Below are positions 35,255-45,877 of a stretch of DNA of 64,000 nucleotides, piece after piece. This DNA comes from Salisapilia sapeloensis CBS 127946 (taxonomy: Eukaryota > Protista > Oomycota). The notes beneath the pieces were generated by a model. It was given only the letters and a program-made list of their open reading frames with translations, was not told where the DNA came from and ran no database searches. Made by a program: the position numbers and the translations under genes. The DNA lies in assembly GCA_023334545.1 (NCBI GenBank), contig JAADVB010000091.1, positions 1 through 64,000 of the forward strand. Reading direction: 5' to 3'. How positions within the stretch are numbered: position 1 is the first letter of the stretch; each line of letters opens with the position of its first letter.

Positions 35255-37701
35255 AGTAGCGAAATGGATGCATGCATTTGTAAAAGCATGATTGATCATC
35301 CAGAATTCAACATTTTGGTTTCTGACAGCACACCTTAATTGAGACTTCTTGCACTATTCGGTGGAACTACTACCTTTACCCCGATAGATTCTCAGAGTAT
35401 GCTTAAGCCTTGACTCGAAGAACGATTTAATCTGGATACATTTCATCCCTTCGACTTTTACCTAAAGTTAATCGAAGAAGGATACGAGTTAATCAGTATT
35501 CACGAGATTAAATGAAGCAATTTGTTTTGACTTTATGTGCTGGTTTCTAAGTTACCACCCACACCATTCTTGCCGAAAGAAAAGATAATCCATGTACTAG
35601 TTGATCATTTGGAAGCATTCAATCATTGCAACTGCGGTTGTAATGGAGGATTAAAAGATATCAATTTAATGGTTAATATAAGTTGATACGTCATGAAGCA
35701 TTTCTGACCAGCGTAATTTCGGCGAAACGTGGAAGAACAAAACCACTACATGTTGCGGGAGTTGAGAAGAAAAGGAGAGCTGCTTCTATCAAGTAATTAT
35801 GTATAAATTCTAGTGCATAATTCGAAAACAGACACGTGAGTTTACTCTAGATTCAGTGAACTTCGCCTTTGCCTGCTTTCATCAAGATACGCATAAAGTT
35901 GTAACTAATTGTTAACTAACATGGTAATGGCCATTTATAATCGCTTAAGATTGGGGGATGCGGTAATGATGGATGCTCATAGGGGTGTATGTACGAGATG
36001 GCGGTGGGAAGATACCTGATGGTTCTACTCAAACTTTCCTATGGCAGTTCATTGAATCTCTAGACTTGAATTGCCAGACCTCTATCATGTATATTTTAGG
36101 CTGCCAAAAATGAATTACCGAGAAATAGAATACAAAGAGGACTTCGCGGAGCAGTACTCAGAACGATAGCAGTAAGGTAATCTTATTAGTTTCTCGGTAT
36201 ATTTTCAAGGATAACGGATGGAAAAGGAGCATGACTGCCGTCTAAAGGCTTTTCGTGTTGGACAGTGTATTTCTCAGTTATTTGTTATCTTCTCTTCTTT
36301 ATCTGCACATATCCATCGTAATCCTCTCGGACCTTTCGGCTATCTTTCTAGCTTAATGTTACATCCGCTCTTACTTTCAAGCCTTGAACAAAACTGCCCA
36401 TTCTCCGATCTCCCACAGCGCGCGCAACCGACAACCAGCAACCCGCGCTCAACGTGCAAGACCTCCGGGGAGGTCGGGTCTTCCTGGAGGTCACTTCTTC
36501 GCCAAAGTGTGCCGGTCAACCGGACGGAGCTCGAAGTATGACTGATATGTCTTGCATTTAACAAAACTAGCAAGGCAATTTGAAGGAGTCGACATACAAA
36601 GGCAGCTGACAATTGACGTTTCGACGACCGAAATGAACTGAAGAAGATGCACGGAGCGAAGATATGCGAGCCCTAAGGTGGGACGGTTGGAGATATACAT
36701 ATGAAAAAGGAGACGTCGGCGGTATTTTGAGGGATTCATGTGGGCGAAAAGCTATGCGTAGCCGTCTACACCCATATGTTGTTGAGCACATACGGGAGAC
36801 CAGTATGGATGCCAATGCTCTTTTTTCGCTTAGATTAGCTGGTAGTCGATGAATTTAAACGGAAATGACAATACCTGATATGACTTCCACTTGGCCGATC
36901 GTTGCATGTCAATGTTCGCGATCTTGAAAAGTGATCGTATTTGCAACTACCTAAAGGAAACTCTGGTCACCGTTAAAGTCTCCAAGTTAACCCATATCCT
37001 GTACACGCTCCTGGAATTGAGCTGAGGGAAGCAAGTAGCACGCAGAGCGGAGCATAGGAGCAAGGATTATACTGCCCGCACACCAGCTGGAAACAGTGTT
37101 CGGTGAGATAAAGAAGTGCATGTGACAATAGTATAAAGCCTAGATTGCTATCGCGCAAAGAGAAACGGAAAGCGTGTACGCAACTCCCGACTTCACACCG
37201 TCAGTAAACCATTCATATTTTAGTCCAAAATCGCTTTGCATTCTCAATTTCTTTTGGTGTTTCAAAGTTGAAACCCCTCCACCTCTTCCTTGAAGCTCCT
37301 ATAATCCGACCCGTCACCTTGCTTAACGTGGCATAAAACTCCTATGCATTCTAGTAGACTGCTCTCGACGAAAAGATCGCAATCCCAGTCTGCATCCTGC
37401 CACTCACTTGTCATTTGTATGCATTCTTCGACGCCAGTTTTACCCCACGAAAAACCTCACTGTCGGTCGTGAGGTTATTTGGAAGTCTCCAAAGGTCAAA
37501 AAGCGAAAGAAAAAGAGAGCTCCGGGCAGGCGCTTGCTCTACTTGCCTTCGAGTCCTAGCAGTGCCACTACCTCTGCCCTCTTTCTACGCTCGCACAACC
37601 GCAGTCGAGTCCACCTTTATAAAAACACTGGTGGCACTACCTCGCTCTCGCTCGAGCGTCGACGACTGTTCATCGTACCATTTTCAAAAACCCACGAAAA
37701 A

Positions 37702-39218
37702 ATGGCGCGAGAAGTGCAACCGGTCCGGAAAGCGGACTCGGTCGAAGAGCCTGCCGACAGCGCGCTAGCAGCCTTTACAAGAGGCTTTACGAACACTCTC
37801 ACCTATATCAACAAGGTACATTTTGTCTCTTATCTCTCTAGTCAGCAACCGCGCCGACGCGGTTTTCGCGCGCGAAGCGTGAAAACATGTTGTGCTCGCT
37901 ATGATCGGGACGGTCGCTTACACACTGTATGATATAGACACATCGTAGTCGCCACGCCGCACAGGTCAAGCCAGCAGCTAAAAAGTCGAGAAAGATTCGA
38001 TTTCCGATCGCTGGGGCAGAGAAACTGCTTCTTCAGGAACGATACCAAGTGTGTGGAGACGATGTCATCGGACAGGTACATTGCAAGTATTCTTATGGTG
38101 TATTCATTCATCTTACAGCATGCTAGGGTACCTTTGGCAAGGTGTTGAAAGGCTTTGACACGAAGAGACGCAAGGACGTGGCCATCAAGATGGTGGACAA
38201 TGCCCAGTTCAGTGACAACGTCCGGATCGAGTCGGAGCTCATTCCGATGCTGCACCAACAACCTCATCGAGGGCGGAATTACATTGGTGAGATGTGGGAC
38301 GTCTTCACGTACAAGGGCTTCTCGTGTCTCGTCTTTGAGATGCTAGGGGACAATTTATACTCGATTCTCAAGAAAAACAAGTTCCGAGGTCTCAACCTAA
38401 AGGAAGTATGTACCATCGCCAAGCACATTCTCCAGGCGCTCGAACTACTGGCTCTACCAAGTGTCAACGTTGTTCACTGCGACTTGAAACCGGAGAACAT
38501 CCTCGTGCGAGTACCGAATCAAGACCGGATGAAGCTCATTGACTTTGGAAGCAGTCGAATAAACGACGGTCAGTGCCAATCGTACGTCCAAAGTCGATAC
38601 TATCGAGCGCCAGAAGTGTTACTAGGACTAAAATTCTCCAAAGCGATTGACATTTGGAGCCTTGGGTGCACACTCGTGGAGCTGCACACTGGCCACCCGC
38701 TCTTTGGTGGTGACGACCGTTTCGACCAGATGCGCTTGATTGAACAATTGCTCGGTCATTTCCCTCGAGATATGGTCGAACAGGCGAGTAAAGAGCCTCG
38801 ACATTGTTTCCACCAGGCAGTCAACGCCGAAGGGTCGGGAGAAGTTATGTATGAAGTACGCGCACCGAAGAAAGCGTACAACACAATCGTCGGTGGCAAA
38901 GTGAGTGACGACAGATTAAGTCTCTGGAGCGTATTGGCAACGCACAAGTGCGTTCCTGGTGGCATCCACGCGCGAGGTCCGCAGGACACGTACCATACGG
39001 CATCGAATTACGAACTGTTTGTGGACTTGTTATCGAAAATGATTCGGTACCATCCGGAAGACCGAATCACACCTACAGAAGCATTGAACCACGCCTTCTT
39101 CAACATGCTACGAAGGCGGCGTGGCGTAGCGATCGCTAGTCGACACATGCGTCTACGTTCCGACGACGCGTATGAACGCCCGAGCAAGGCGCGTCGGGTG
39201 GTGGAAAGGAGTCGATGA
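37702..39218 (+). CDS. DYRK-family (CMGC) protein kinase, multi-exon
   Basis: ERYQV..VIGQ | GTFGKVLKGFD..VAIK, HCDLKPENIL, DFGSS, YVQSRYYRAPEVLLG, IDIWSLGC..ELHTGHPLF. The N-terminal FTNTLTYINK resembles the DYRK NAPA-like segment. Confidence 0.9.
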
Positions 39219-39379
39219 GAAACTTGCGTGTCCAATGAACCTAAGTTATCAAAAATGTCCGATCGAGTGGTAGGACCATGTACCTCGTACGGAAGGAGTA
39301 GGAGGGAGCAAGTGAAAAAAAAATTGTTTCGAGAGCTGACTTTTATTTGGATGTCCACCAGCAATCCGGGTCGGACGAC

Positions 39380-39781
39380 TTAGTTGTCACCCTGACGCTT
39401 GAGGTAGTCGAGCAGCACGTTAAGCGCGTGGCTCTCCTCACCAAAGTCCGTGATGACGGCGCACGAAGCCGACACGACCTTGCGGGCCTCACCTTCAGCG
39501 TCGATCTTGCACAGACCGCACCACTCGCCAAGCTGCTTGGCCGTCGGGACGAGGATGAGGTTGACGCCGTGCTCTTCGCAAAGGGCGCGAACGAGCTTAG
39601 AGTAGCTAGGCTCGTCGCAGTCCTGCGCGAGGCAGCAGAGACGGGCGCGACGCGAGTCGAGCGCCTTGGCGGCCTCGTGCAGTCCACGCTTGAGTCCGTC
39701 GTGGATGAGCGCCTTCTTCAAGACCTCCTTCAACGCGTCCATTTCGCCAAGCTCCTTCGGGGTCTCCGCTTCCTCTGCCAT
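39380..39781 (-). CDS. RPS12: 40S ribosomal protein S12 (eS12)
   Basis: [68 protein letters not shown]. Confidence 0.98.
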   Translation of the reverse strand: MAEEAETPKELGEMDALKEVLKKALIHDGLKRGLHEAAKALDSRRARLCCLAQDCDEPSYSKLVRALCEEHGVNLILVPTAKQLGEWCGLCKIDAEGEARKVVSASCAVITDFGEESHALNVLLDYLKRQGDN

Positions 39782-39944
39782 TGTTATGATCTAAAAAGGT
39801 TCTTGTAGGTGTCCTCAGAAGATAGAGAAATGGCATGCACTCAACTTGATCGGCAGCAGATCGATTGGTCAGCAAAGCGTTTCCTATTTCATACCTAAAA
39901 CGAGCAAATTAAATATTTTTTACATGACACACACCACTTTAAAC

Positions 39945-41827
39945 ATGCATGCGATACGGAAGGTATTCCAGGCAGCGTCGAGGTCGAATACGACTTGTCG
40001 TCTCGCGAGAGGCTTTCAAGTCTATGTCGGACAGCAGACGCAGAGTTTGCGAGAGATGCAAGGGAACTTTGTTTGGGAACCGGACGTCGAGTTACTGGAT
40101 GAGCATATTAGTCGCAACTGGACGCAGAATGAGCCGAGTTTAAATGAACTCATTCGAGAAGATCTGCCGGAAGCACGAGAACTCTTCCGCAATGTCCTGC
40201 AGCAATATTATCGTAACGATATGGGCATGTGGAATAAATGGGCAGTCATGGTACGTTTACATCCTTTATCTTTATCGTCATCCTGCTTATGCGTCATATA
40301 TAGGAATGGAAAGCAGGAAACTTTGATCTAGCTCGAATGATCTTCAAACGAGGCGCTAAGATCAGCTTCAGTCCAGAGTTGTGGCAGTCCTGGGCATCCA
40401 TGGAAGTCCAAGTGGGGAATCATGCCGAGGCCAGACGACTCTACAAGACGATCTTGGCCACTAATCCAGACGATCCGATGGCTGGACTCGGTATGGCGCT
40501 CTTAGAGAGTGAGTCTGGGCAACAGGAAAAAGCGAGAGAGATGCTGGAAGAACTGTACGAGCAACATCCAGAGGACGTGAACATTTTACAGGTCTTTGGT
40601 GTCTTCGAAGCCAGACGTCAGGACTTGCCTCGAGCTAGAGAGCTCTTCCTCGAAGCTACGCGTCTACCGGATGCCACACCAAAAGTCTGGCATGCATGGG
40701 CCAAGGCAGAGTACGACCACGGGAACTATGAAGATGCGATTGAGGTCGTCGAACTAGCATCCACACCATTTCCTATGAATAAATGGATCGCTCTCATCGG
40801 AGCCATGGCCCACTTTAAGCTCGGTAACGTCTACGCTGCTCGACGAGGCTTCCGTCGACTGACAGACGGAGCCAACTACGTCGAACCAGCAGCGTACAAC
40901 GCCTTTGCACAGATGGAGCTGGAGATGGGCAACGAAGACACGGCACTAAGTCTATACGCCGAGCTCTTGGATCGCGTCCCAGACCACCTTCCGACCATCA
41001 TGTCGCTCGCGATTCTCTACCAGAAAAAAGGTCGATTGCAGCCAGCTCGACGACTCTTTGAAACCGCTCAGCGGCAACTAGCGAAAGCGAACGCACATGC
41101 TGCCATGGCAGAACTGCTCGTGGCGTGGGGAGACTTTGAAGAGCAGTTTGGCGCACTTGAAAACGCACGAGAGCTCCTGGAAGAAGCTTCCAAGCAGCAA
41201 CCGACGAACACGAGTGCATGGAGAGCTCTTGCACGTGTAGAAAGCAAATTAGGAAATGTCCAAGGTGCCAGATCAGCGCTTACTCGTGCGAGTCAGCAAC
41301 TGCCGAGTGAGGCGCCGTTGCTGGTGGAACTAGCCAAGATTGAACAAAAGCACAAGAACTATAAGCAAGCACGGATCGCGCTGCAAAAGGCACTCAAGCT
41401 AGATCCGTCGCAAGCAAGTGTATGGAACATGCGGGCACTGATAGAGCTCCCGTGGCACCCAGACCGCGCCCGAAATATCGTCGAGACGGCTCTCGGAGTG
41501 ATTCCGTCGCACGAACACAAGAGCTGGAGTATCCTCATGTGCACGTACGGCCGCGCGTTTGCTCAGCTGGGTGACTTGAAGCAAGCAGTAGCGGCATTCC
41601 AACGATCATTTAAGCTTCAGCCGAAGAACTGGGAGACACACGTGATCTACTCGGACACGGTGCTCGCGCCGAATGACGAGTGGGGGGAAGCACGCAAGCA
41701 TCTCGAGGCTGCACGTCGTTTGCTCCCTCGAACGGATAAACGTCGGGAGCGTGTGGAGAAAAAGCTTCGGGAGGCAGAGGCAAAGGATGAGGCACTCGTC
41801 TCGAGTGCCAATATCCAGGACGAGTAG
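39945..41827 (+). CDS. HAT/TPR-repeat protein (HCF107/Mbb1-like) with a putative mitochondrial presequence, one intron
   Basis: Repeated W..WA.ME...GN...AR.L(F/Y) units (e.g. LWQSWASMEVQVGNHAEARRLY, VWHAWAKAEYDHGNYEDA, AWGDFEEQFGALENARELL). N-terminus MHAIRKVFQAASRSNTTCRLARGF. Intron at about 40252-40303. Confidence 0.8.
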
Positions 41828-42019
41828 AGGATCGCAAGGGAGAGAGTAAATGACTAGTGTCCATGTACTTTTGTACGATTCGTGTGTCTTGCGTGTTTCC
41901 ATGTGGATCTATTTTGAATTGTCATTGATCTATGGACAGGTCATAGTCTGTATCAGTCAGAGTAGATCACTACTAGAAGGACCTAGGAGCAGGTAGATCT
42001 TTACGTAGAGGGAGCAAGC

Positions 42020-44113
42020 ATGGACGGGCTCATTCCGATCATCAACAAGCTACAGGATGTGTTCAGTGCCATCGGACAGTCACCGATCAACCTGCCACAA
42101 ATCGTGGTGATCGGCAGCCAAAGCAGTGGCAAATCGAGCGTCTTGGAGAACGTCGTCGGGCGCGACTTTCTACCGCGCGGCACGGGCATTGTCACCCGCC
42201 GACCGCTCGTGCTCCAGCTGTACACTTTAGACAGTAACAATGAGAGTTTAGAAGGGGCCAAGGACGACCCGAACGCTGAGGAGTGGGGTGAATTCCTCCA
42301 CTTGCCAGGGCAAAAGTTCACGGATTTTGAGGCGATTCGGCAGGAGATTGAAAAGGAGACGGAGCGTGCGGTCGGGAAGAACAAGGGGATCTCGAACAAG
42401 AGTATTAATCTAAAAGTCTTCTCTCCTCACGTGCTCAACTTGACGCTGGTGGATCTACCTGGCATCACTAAAGTCCCGGTGGGGGATCAACCCATGGACA
42501 TTGAAGACCAGATCCGAGATATGTGCTTCGAGTTTATCTCCAACCCGAATAGTATCATCCTTGGCGTTACGTCTGCGAATACAGATCTAGCGAACTCGGA
42601 CGCACTCAAGATGGCGAGGGAAGTCGATCCAGAGGGAGAGAGGACAGTCGGCGTCTTGACGAAGCTTGACCTCATGGACGACGGAACGGACGCTCTGGAG
42701 ATGCTCCAAGGACGTGTCATTCCACTTAAAAGAGGCTTCGTCGGTGTTGTGAACCGCAGTCAAGCCGACATTAAATCCGGTCTGAGCATTCGGGCGAGTC
42801 TGGAGAAGGAGGAAAAGTTCTTCCAGAGCCACCCAGCCTACCGTGGCATGGCCACACGCATGGGCACCAATTTCCTCAGTCGTCAGTTGAACACGATCCT
42901 CATGCACCACATCCGAGACACTTTGCCGGAGATTAAATCCAAGATCAGTACCATGCTAAGCGACTTAGAGAACGAGATGGGCGAGATGGGCGGACCTACG
43001 ACGGACATGAGCTCTGCTGACTTGGGCGGGACGCTACTGACGCTTTTGAGCCACTTTAGTGCCAACTTCACCGACAGTCTCGACGGCCGTCACCACTCGC
43101 TGAACGGCGTTGAGATGAACGAGCTCTACGGAGGTGCTCGCATCAGCTACATTTTCAACGAAGTCTTTGCGAAAGCGTTGTTGGAAGTCGATCCGTTCGA
43201 TACACTAAGCGACGAAGACATCCGTACGACGATTCGGAACGCAAATGGACCGAGGCAGTCGCTTTTCGTGCCAGAAGTGAGCTTTGAGATCCTCGCGAGA
43301 CGCCAGATTGAGCGTCTGGAGCAGCCTGGACTGCAATGTGCCGACCTGGTCTTTGATGAGCTCCAGCGCGTGACGTCGCAGTGTGAGACGATGGAGCTCT
43401 CTCGCTTCCCGTCGCTCCGAGATCGAGTGATTGAAGTGGTGAACGGCATGCTACGTACGGCTCTAGCGCCGACGCAAGCGATGATCCAGAACCTCGTCAA
43501 GGTGGAGCTGGCGTACATTAACACCAACCACCCGGACTTTATCGGCGGCAGTCGAGCCGTCGCGCAGCTCATGGAGCGACTTCAGCGGGAGAACATGAAT
43601 AGTGCTAGTGGTGGAGGACAGCCGAATCCAACGGAAGTAGCGAACACGCGTCGACCGGCGGACAATGGTCAGAAAGAGGAAAACCAGGGCTTTATGTCCT
43701 ACCTGTTCAATTCGAACTCTGGCAATGGCAAACGCAAGCATGAGAACAAGAGCGGTGTGGTCAAATTGCCACAAGTGCCAGTGAGCATGCGTCAGTCGGA
43801 AGAACCGACGGATCGGGAGCGTATTGAGACGGAGATTATCAAGAGTTTGCTAGCGAGTTACTTTGATATCGTCCGGAAGAACTTTTTGGATCTCGTCCCG
43901 AAAGCCATTATGAGCTTCATGGTCCAATTCGCCAAGGATAATGTCCAGAATGAACTCGTCGGGGCGCTGTATAAAGGAGAGAAATTGCCGGAGCTGATGC
44001 AAGAAGCGTCGGACGTCGCCACGCGCCGAGCGAACTGCAAGGAGATGCAGGCACTGCTCAAACGCGCGCTTGAGATCGTGAATGAAGTCCGTGACTTTAA
44101 CACGTTCAAATAA
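42020..44113 (+). CDS. DNM1L: Dynamin-related GTPase (Drp1/Dnm1/Vps1 type), intronless, 697 aa
   Basis: LPQIVVIGSQSSGKSS, TRRPL, DLPG, TKLD, middle domain and GED (LLASYFDIVRKNFLDLVPKAIM). No PH or PRD domain. The exact subfamily is not resolved. Confidence 0.9.
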   Translation: MDGLIPIINKLQDVFSAIGQSPINLPQIVVIGSQSSGKSSVLENVVGRDFLPRGTGIVTRRPLVLQLYTLDSNNESLEGAKDDPNAEEWGEFLHLPGQKFTDFEAIRQEIEKETERAVGKNKGISNKSINLKVFSPHVLNLTLVDLPGITKVPVGDQPMDIEDQIRDMCFEFISNPNSIILGVTSANTDLANSDALKMAREVDPEGERTVGVLTKLDLMDDGTDALEMLQGRVIPLKRGFVGVVNRSQADIKSGLSIRASLEKEEKFFQSHPAYRGMATRMGTNFLSRQLNTILMHHIRDTLPEIKSKISTMLSDLENEMGEMGGPTTDMSSADLGGTLLTLLSHFSANFTDSLDGRHHSLNGVEMNELYGGARISYIFNEVFAKALLEVDPFDTLSDEDIRTTIRNANGPRQSLFVPEVSFEILARRQIERLEQPGLQCADLVFDELQRVTSQCETMELSRFPSLRDRVIEVVNGMLRTALAPTQAMIQNLVKVELAYINTNHPDFIGGSRAVAQLMERLQRENMNSASGGGQPNPTEVANTRRPADNGQKEENQGFMSYLFNSNSGNGKRKHENKSGVVKLPQVPVSMRQSEEPTDRERIETEIIKSLLASYFDIVRKNFLDLVPKAIMSFMVQFAKDNVQNELVGALYKGEKLPELMQEASDVATRRANCKEMQALLKRALEIVNEVRDFNTFK

Positions 44114-44135
44114 AAGCAAATTCGTTTCGTTTTTC

Positions 44136-44498
44136 TTAAAGGTCTCGCACTTTGATGTCTAACCGCTCTTCGTACGACTGATTCTTCTTCTCTTGCTTTT
44201 GCTTCGACGCGAGGTACCCGCCACCGGCTAAAGCGACGATCGTGCCGGCTTGAGCGACTACACGCAGCTGCATAAAGATGTTGCTCAGCTTGGACCGGCC
44301 TTGGCCAAACGCAGCAAGGCCGCCGACCAGCACGCCGGTCGTTGCCATGCAGCCGAGAGGAACCAACGGATCTTCTTTAACGCGATCCCAGAAGGACTTC
44401 TTGCCATTTTTCATCCAGCTGAAGTCACCGGGAGCTGGTAGATCATCGCGCTTCTTCTTTTCGGGAGCTGGTAGGTCCTCTCGCTTCGCTTCGCTCAT
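44136..44498 (-). CDS. HIG1-domain mitochondrial protein (Rcf1/HIGD2A-like)
   Basis: KEDPLVPLGCMATTGVLVGGLAAF..GRSKLSNIFMQLRVVAQAGTIVAL. Likely start is MSEAK at 44498. Confidence 0.92.
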   Translation of the reverse strand: MSEAKREDLPAPEKKKRDDLPAPGDFSWMKNGKKSFWDRVKEDPLVPLGCMATTGVLVGGLAAFGQGRSKLSNIFMQLRVVAQAGTIVALAGGGYLASKQKQEKKNQSYEERLDIKVRDL

Positions 44499-44882
44499 GC
44501 TATTTAGCAGCGATGTCAATTTGATTGTCAAGCACCAGGCATTAAAATAAAGTATGCTTCGGCTACTATCAACAATGGCCTTTTCGTGCCAATTTAGTAC
44601 GTTTCTGGCCAAAGTGAATGTCGGTGCGGAAAGGAATGATTGCTGTTGAGGTGGTTGAATGACCGAGAAACGGAAACTTGGGCTGGACTGCGTTGTACGA
44701 ACAATCAGCAAGCAAAGGCATTGAGCTTATATACATGATAATTGACAATGCACCATTAAAGTTGGCGAAGACTAGTTAATATAGGAAAGATACAGGATAC
44801 AGTACAGAGAGGTGAACTAAGTGGAGGATAAGTTGAATCTGATCTCGCCGGACGATATTCTAGGTATGGCCATGAATCAATA

Positions 44883-45569
44883 ATGGAAAAGGCCACGATC
44901 CTTTTCGCAGCGGCAGGTTTGTTTCGCAACGGACGATCCTCACAATGTGCCAGATACCGGCCAATTCGTAGAGCTACCGTCTATAGCTGGCGATCATACG
45001 CTGCCTATAGTCATTTGCACGGTATCAAGCCATCGATTCTTATATTTCGCTAATCATTGCTATATCTCAAATATCTATAAACGCGATCATGATACTTGTC
45101 ACAAGCCTTATAGCATTTGAAACGTCCGAGTGTCTTTTTACTGGAACTTCTTACGGATCATACATCCCATCGCTGCCAATATCTATGTTCACAATCAAGT
45201 ATGTGTATTTGAATCTGCTTGATTTGCTGTGATAATCCAATCGTCCCGCTAAGAGAACACTACTGTTGTGAGTCAGTCCAATTACAAGCTATGGATAGAT
45301 GCATCCACATTTCCAGAAGGGTACAAGCATAGGAAATGAGTACTGCAAAGGTAAATTTAAAACGTCAGTAGTCTGTGCTGCATTTGATTCCATCTCTAGT
45401 CACTACTAAACTATATTTATTTTCGGATTGCCCAATAGAGACCACTGTATTCACACTGCTAAACTACATGATGAAGATTATCTCGGCTGGTATGCTTGAG
45501 ACAGCTACGTAAACTAAACCATCCGCAGTCTTAAATGAACTGCTAGCTGCAGCGGGCAATTGCTTGTGA
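44883..45569 (+). CDS. Hypothetical small 7-exon protein (about 107 aa), manual splice model
   Basis: Exons 44883-44916, 44954-45021, 45114-45198, 45254-45267, 45317-45350, 45439-45489 and 45529-45569 are joined by GT-AG introns of 37-92 nt and stay in frame. No homology recognised. Confidence 0.4.
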
Positions 45570-45877
45570 TTCGAACCGCAAGAGCAGATTCGATCGTGAT
45601 ACTTTTCCCAGCAGAGATCCCGAAGTTACCTTTGGACCGACAGCAATCTCGTGGCAACATATCACAAGAATTAAGCGGTTTGGTCGCTTCATTCCATAAA
45701 CTATCCCATCAAAAGGATACTACCAAGAAACAACGATGAAGTGAGCTATCACAAGCAAGCTGTCTTCGCTCTTTGTTTGACTCGCACCCGATGGCATGTA
45801 CAGAGACCAGGTTCTCTTATACGAGGGTGGGTATCACAACGTCACCAACGAATCGCCACGAAATACTTCAGCAAGGG

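Noticed and set aside
44430-44474. Direct repeat GGGAGCTGGTAG (two copies)
   Set aside because: It is a small in-frame coding duplication (REDLPAP/RDDLPAP) in HIG1, not a mobile element or array.
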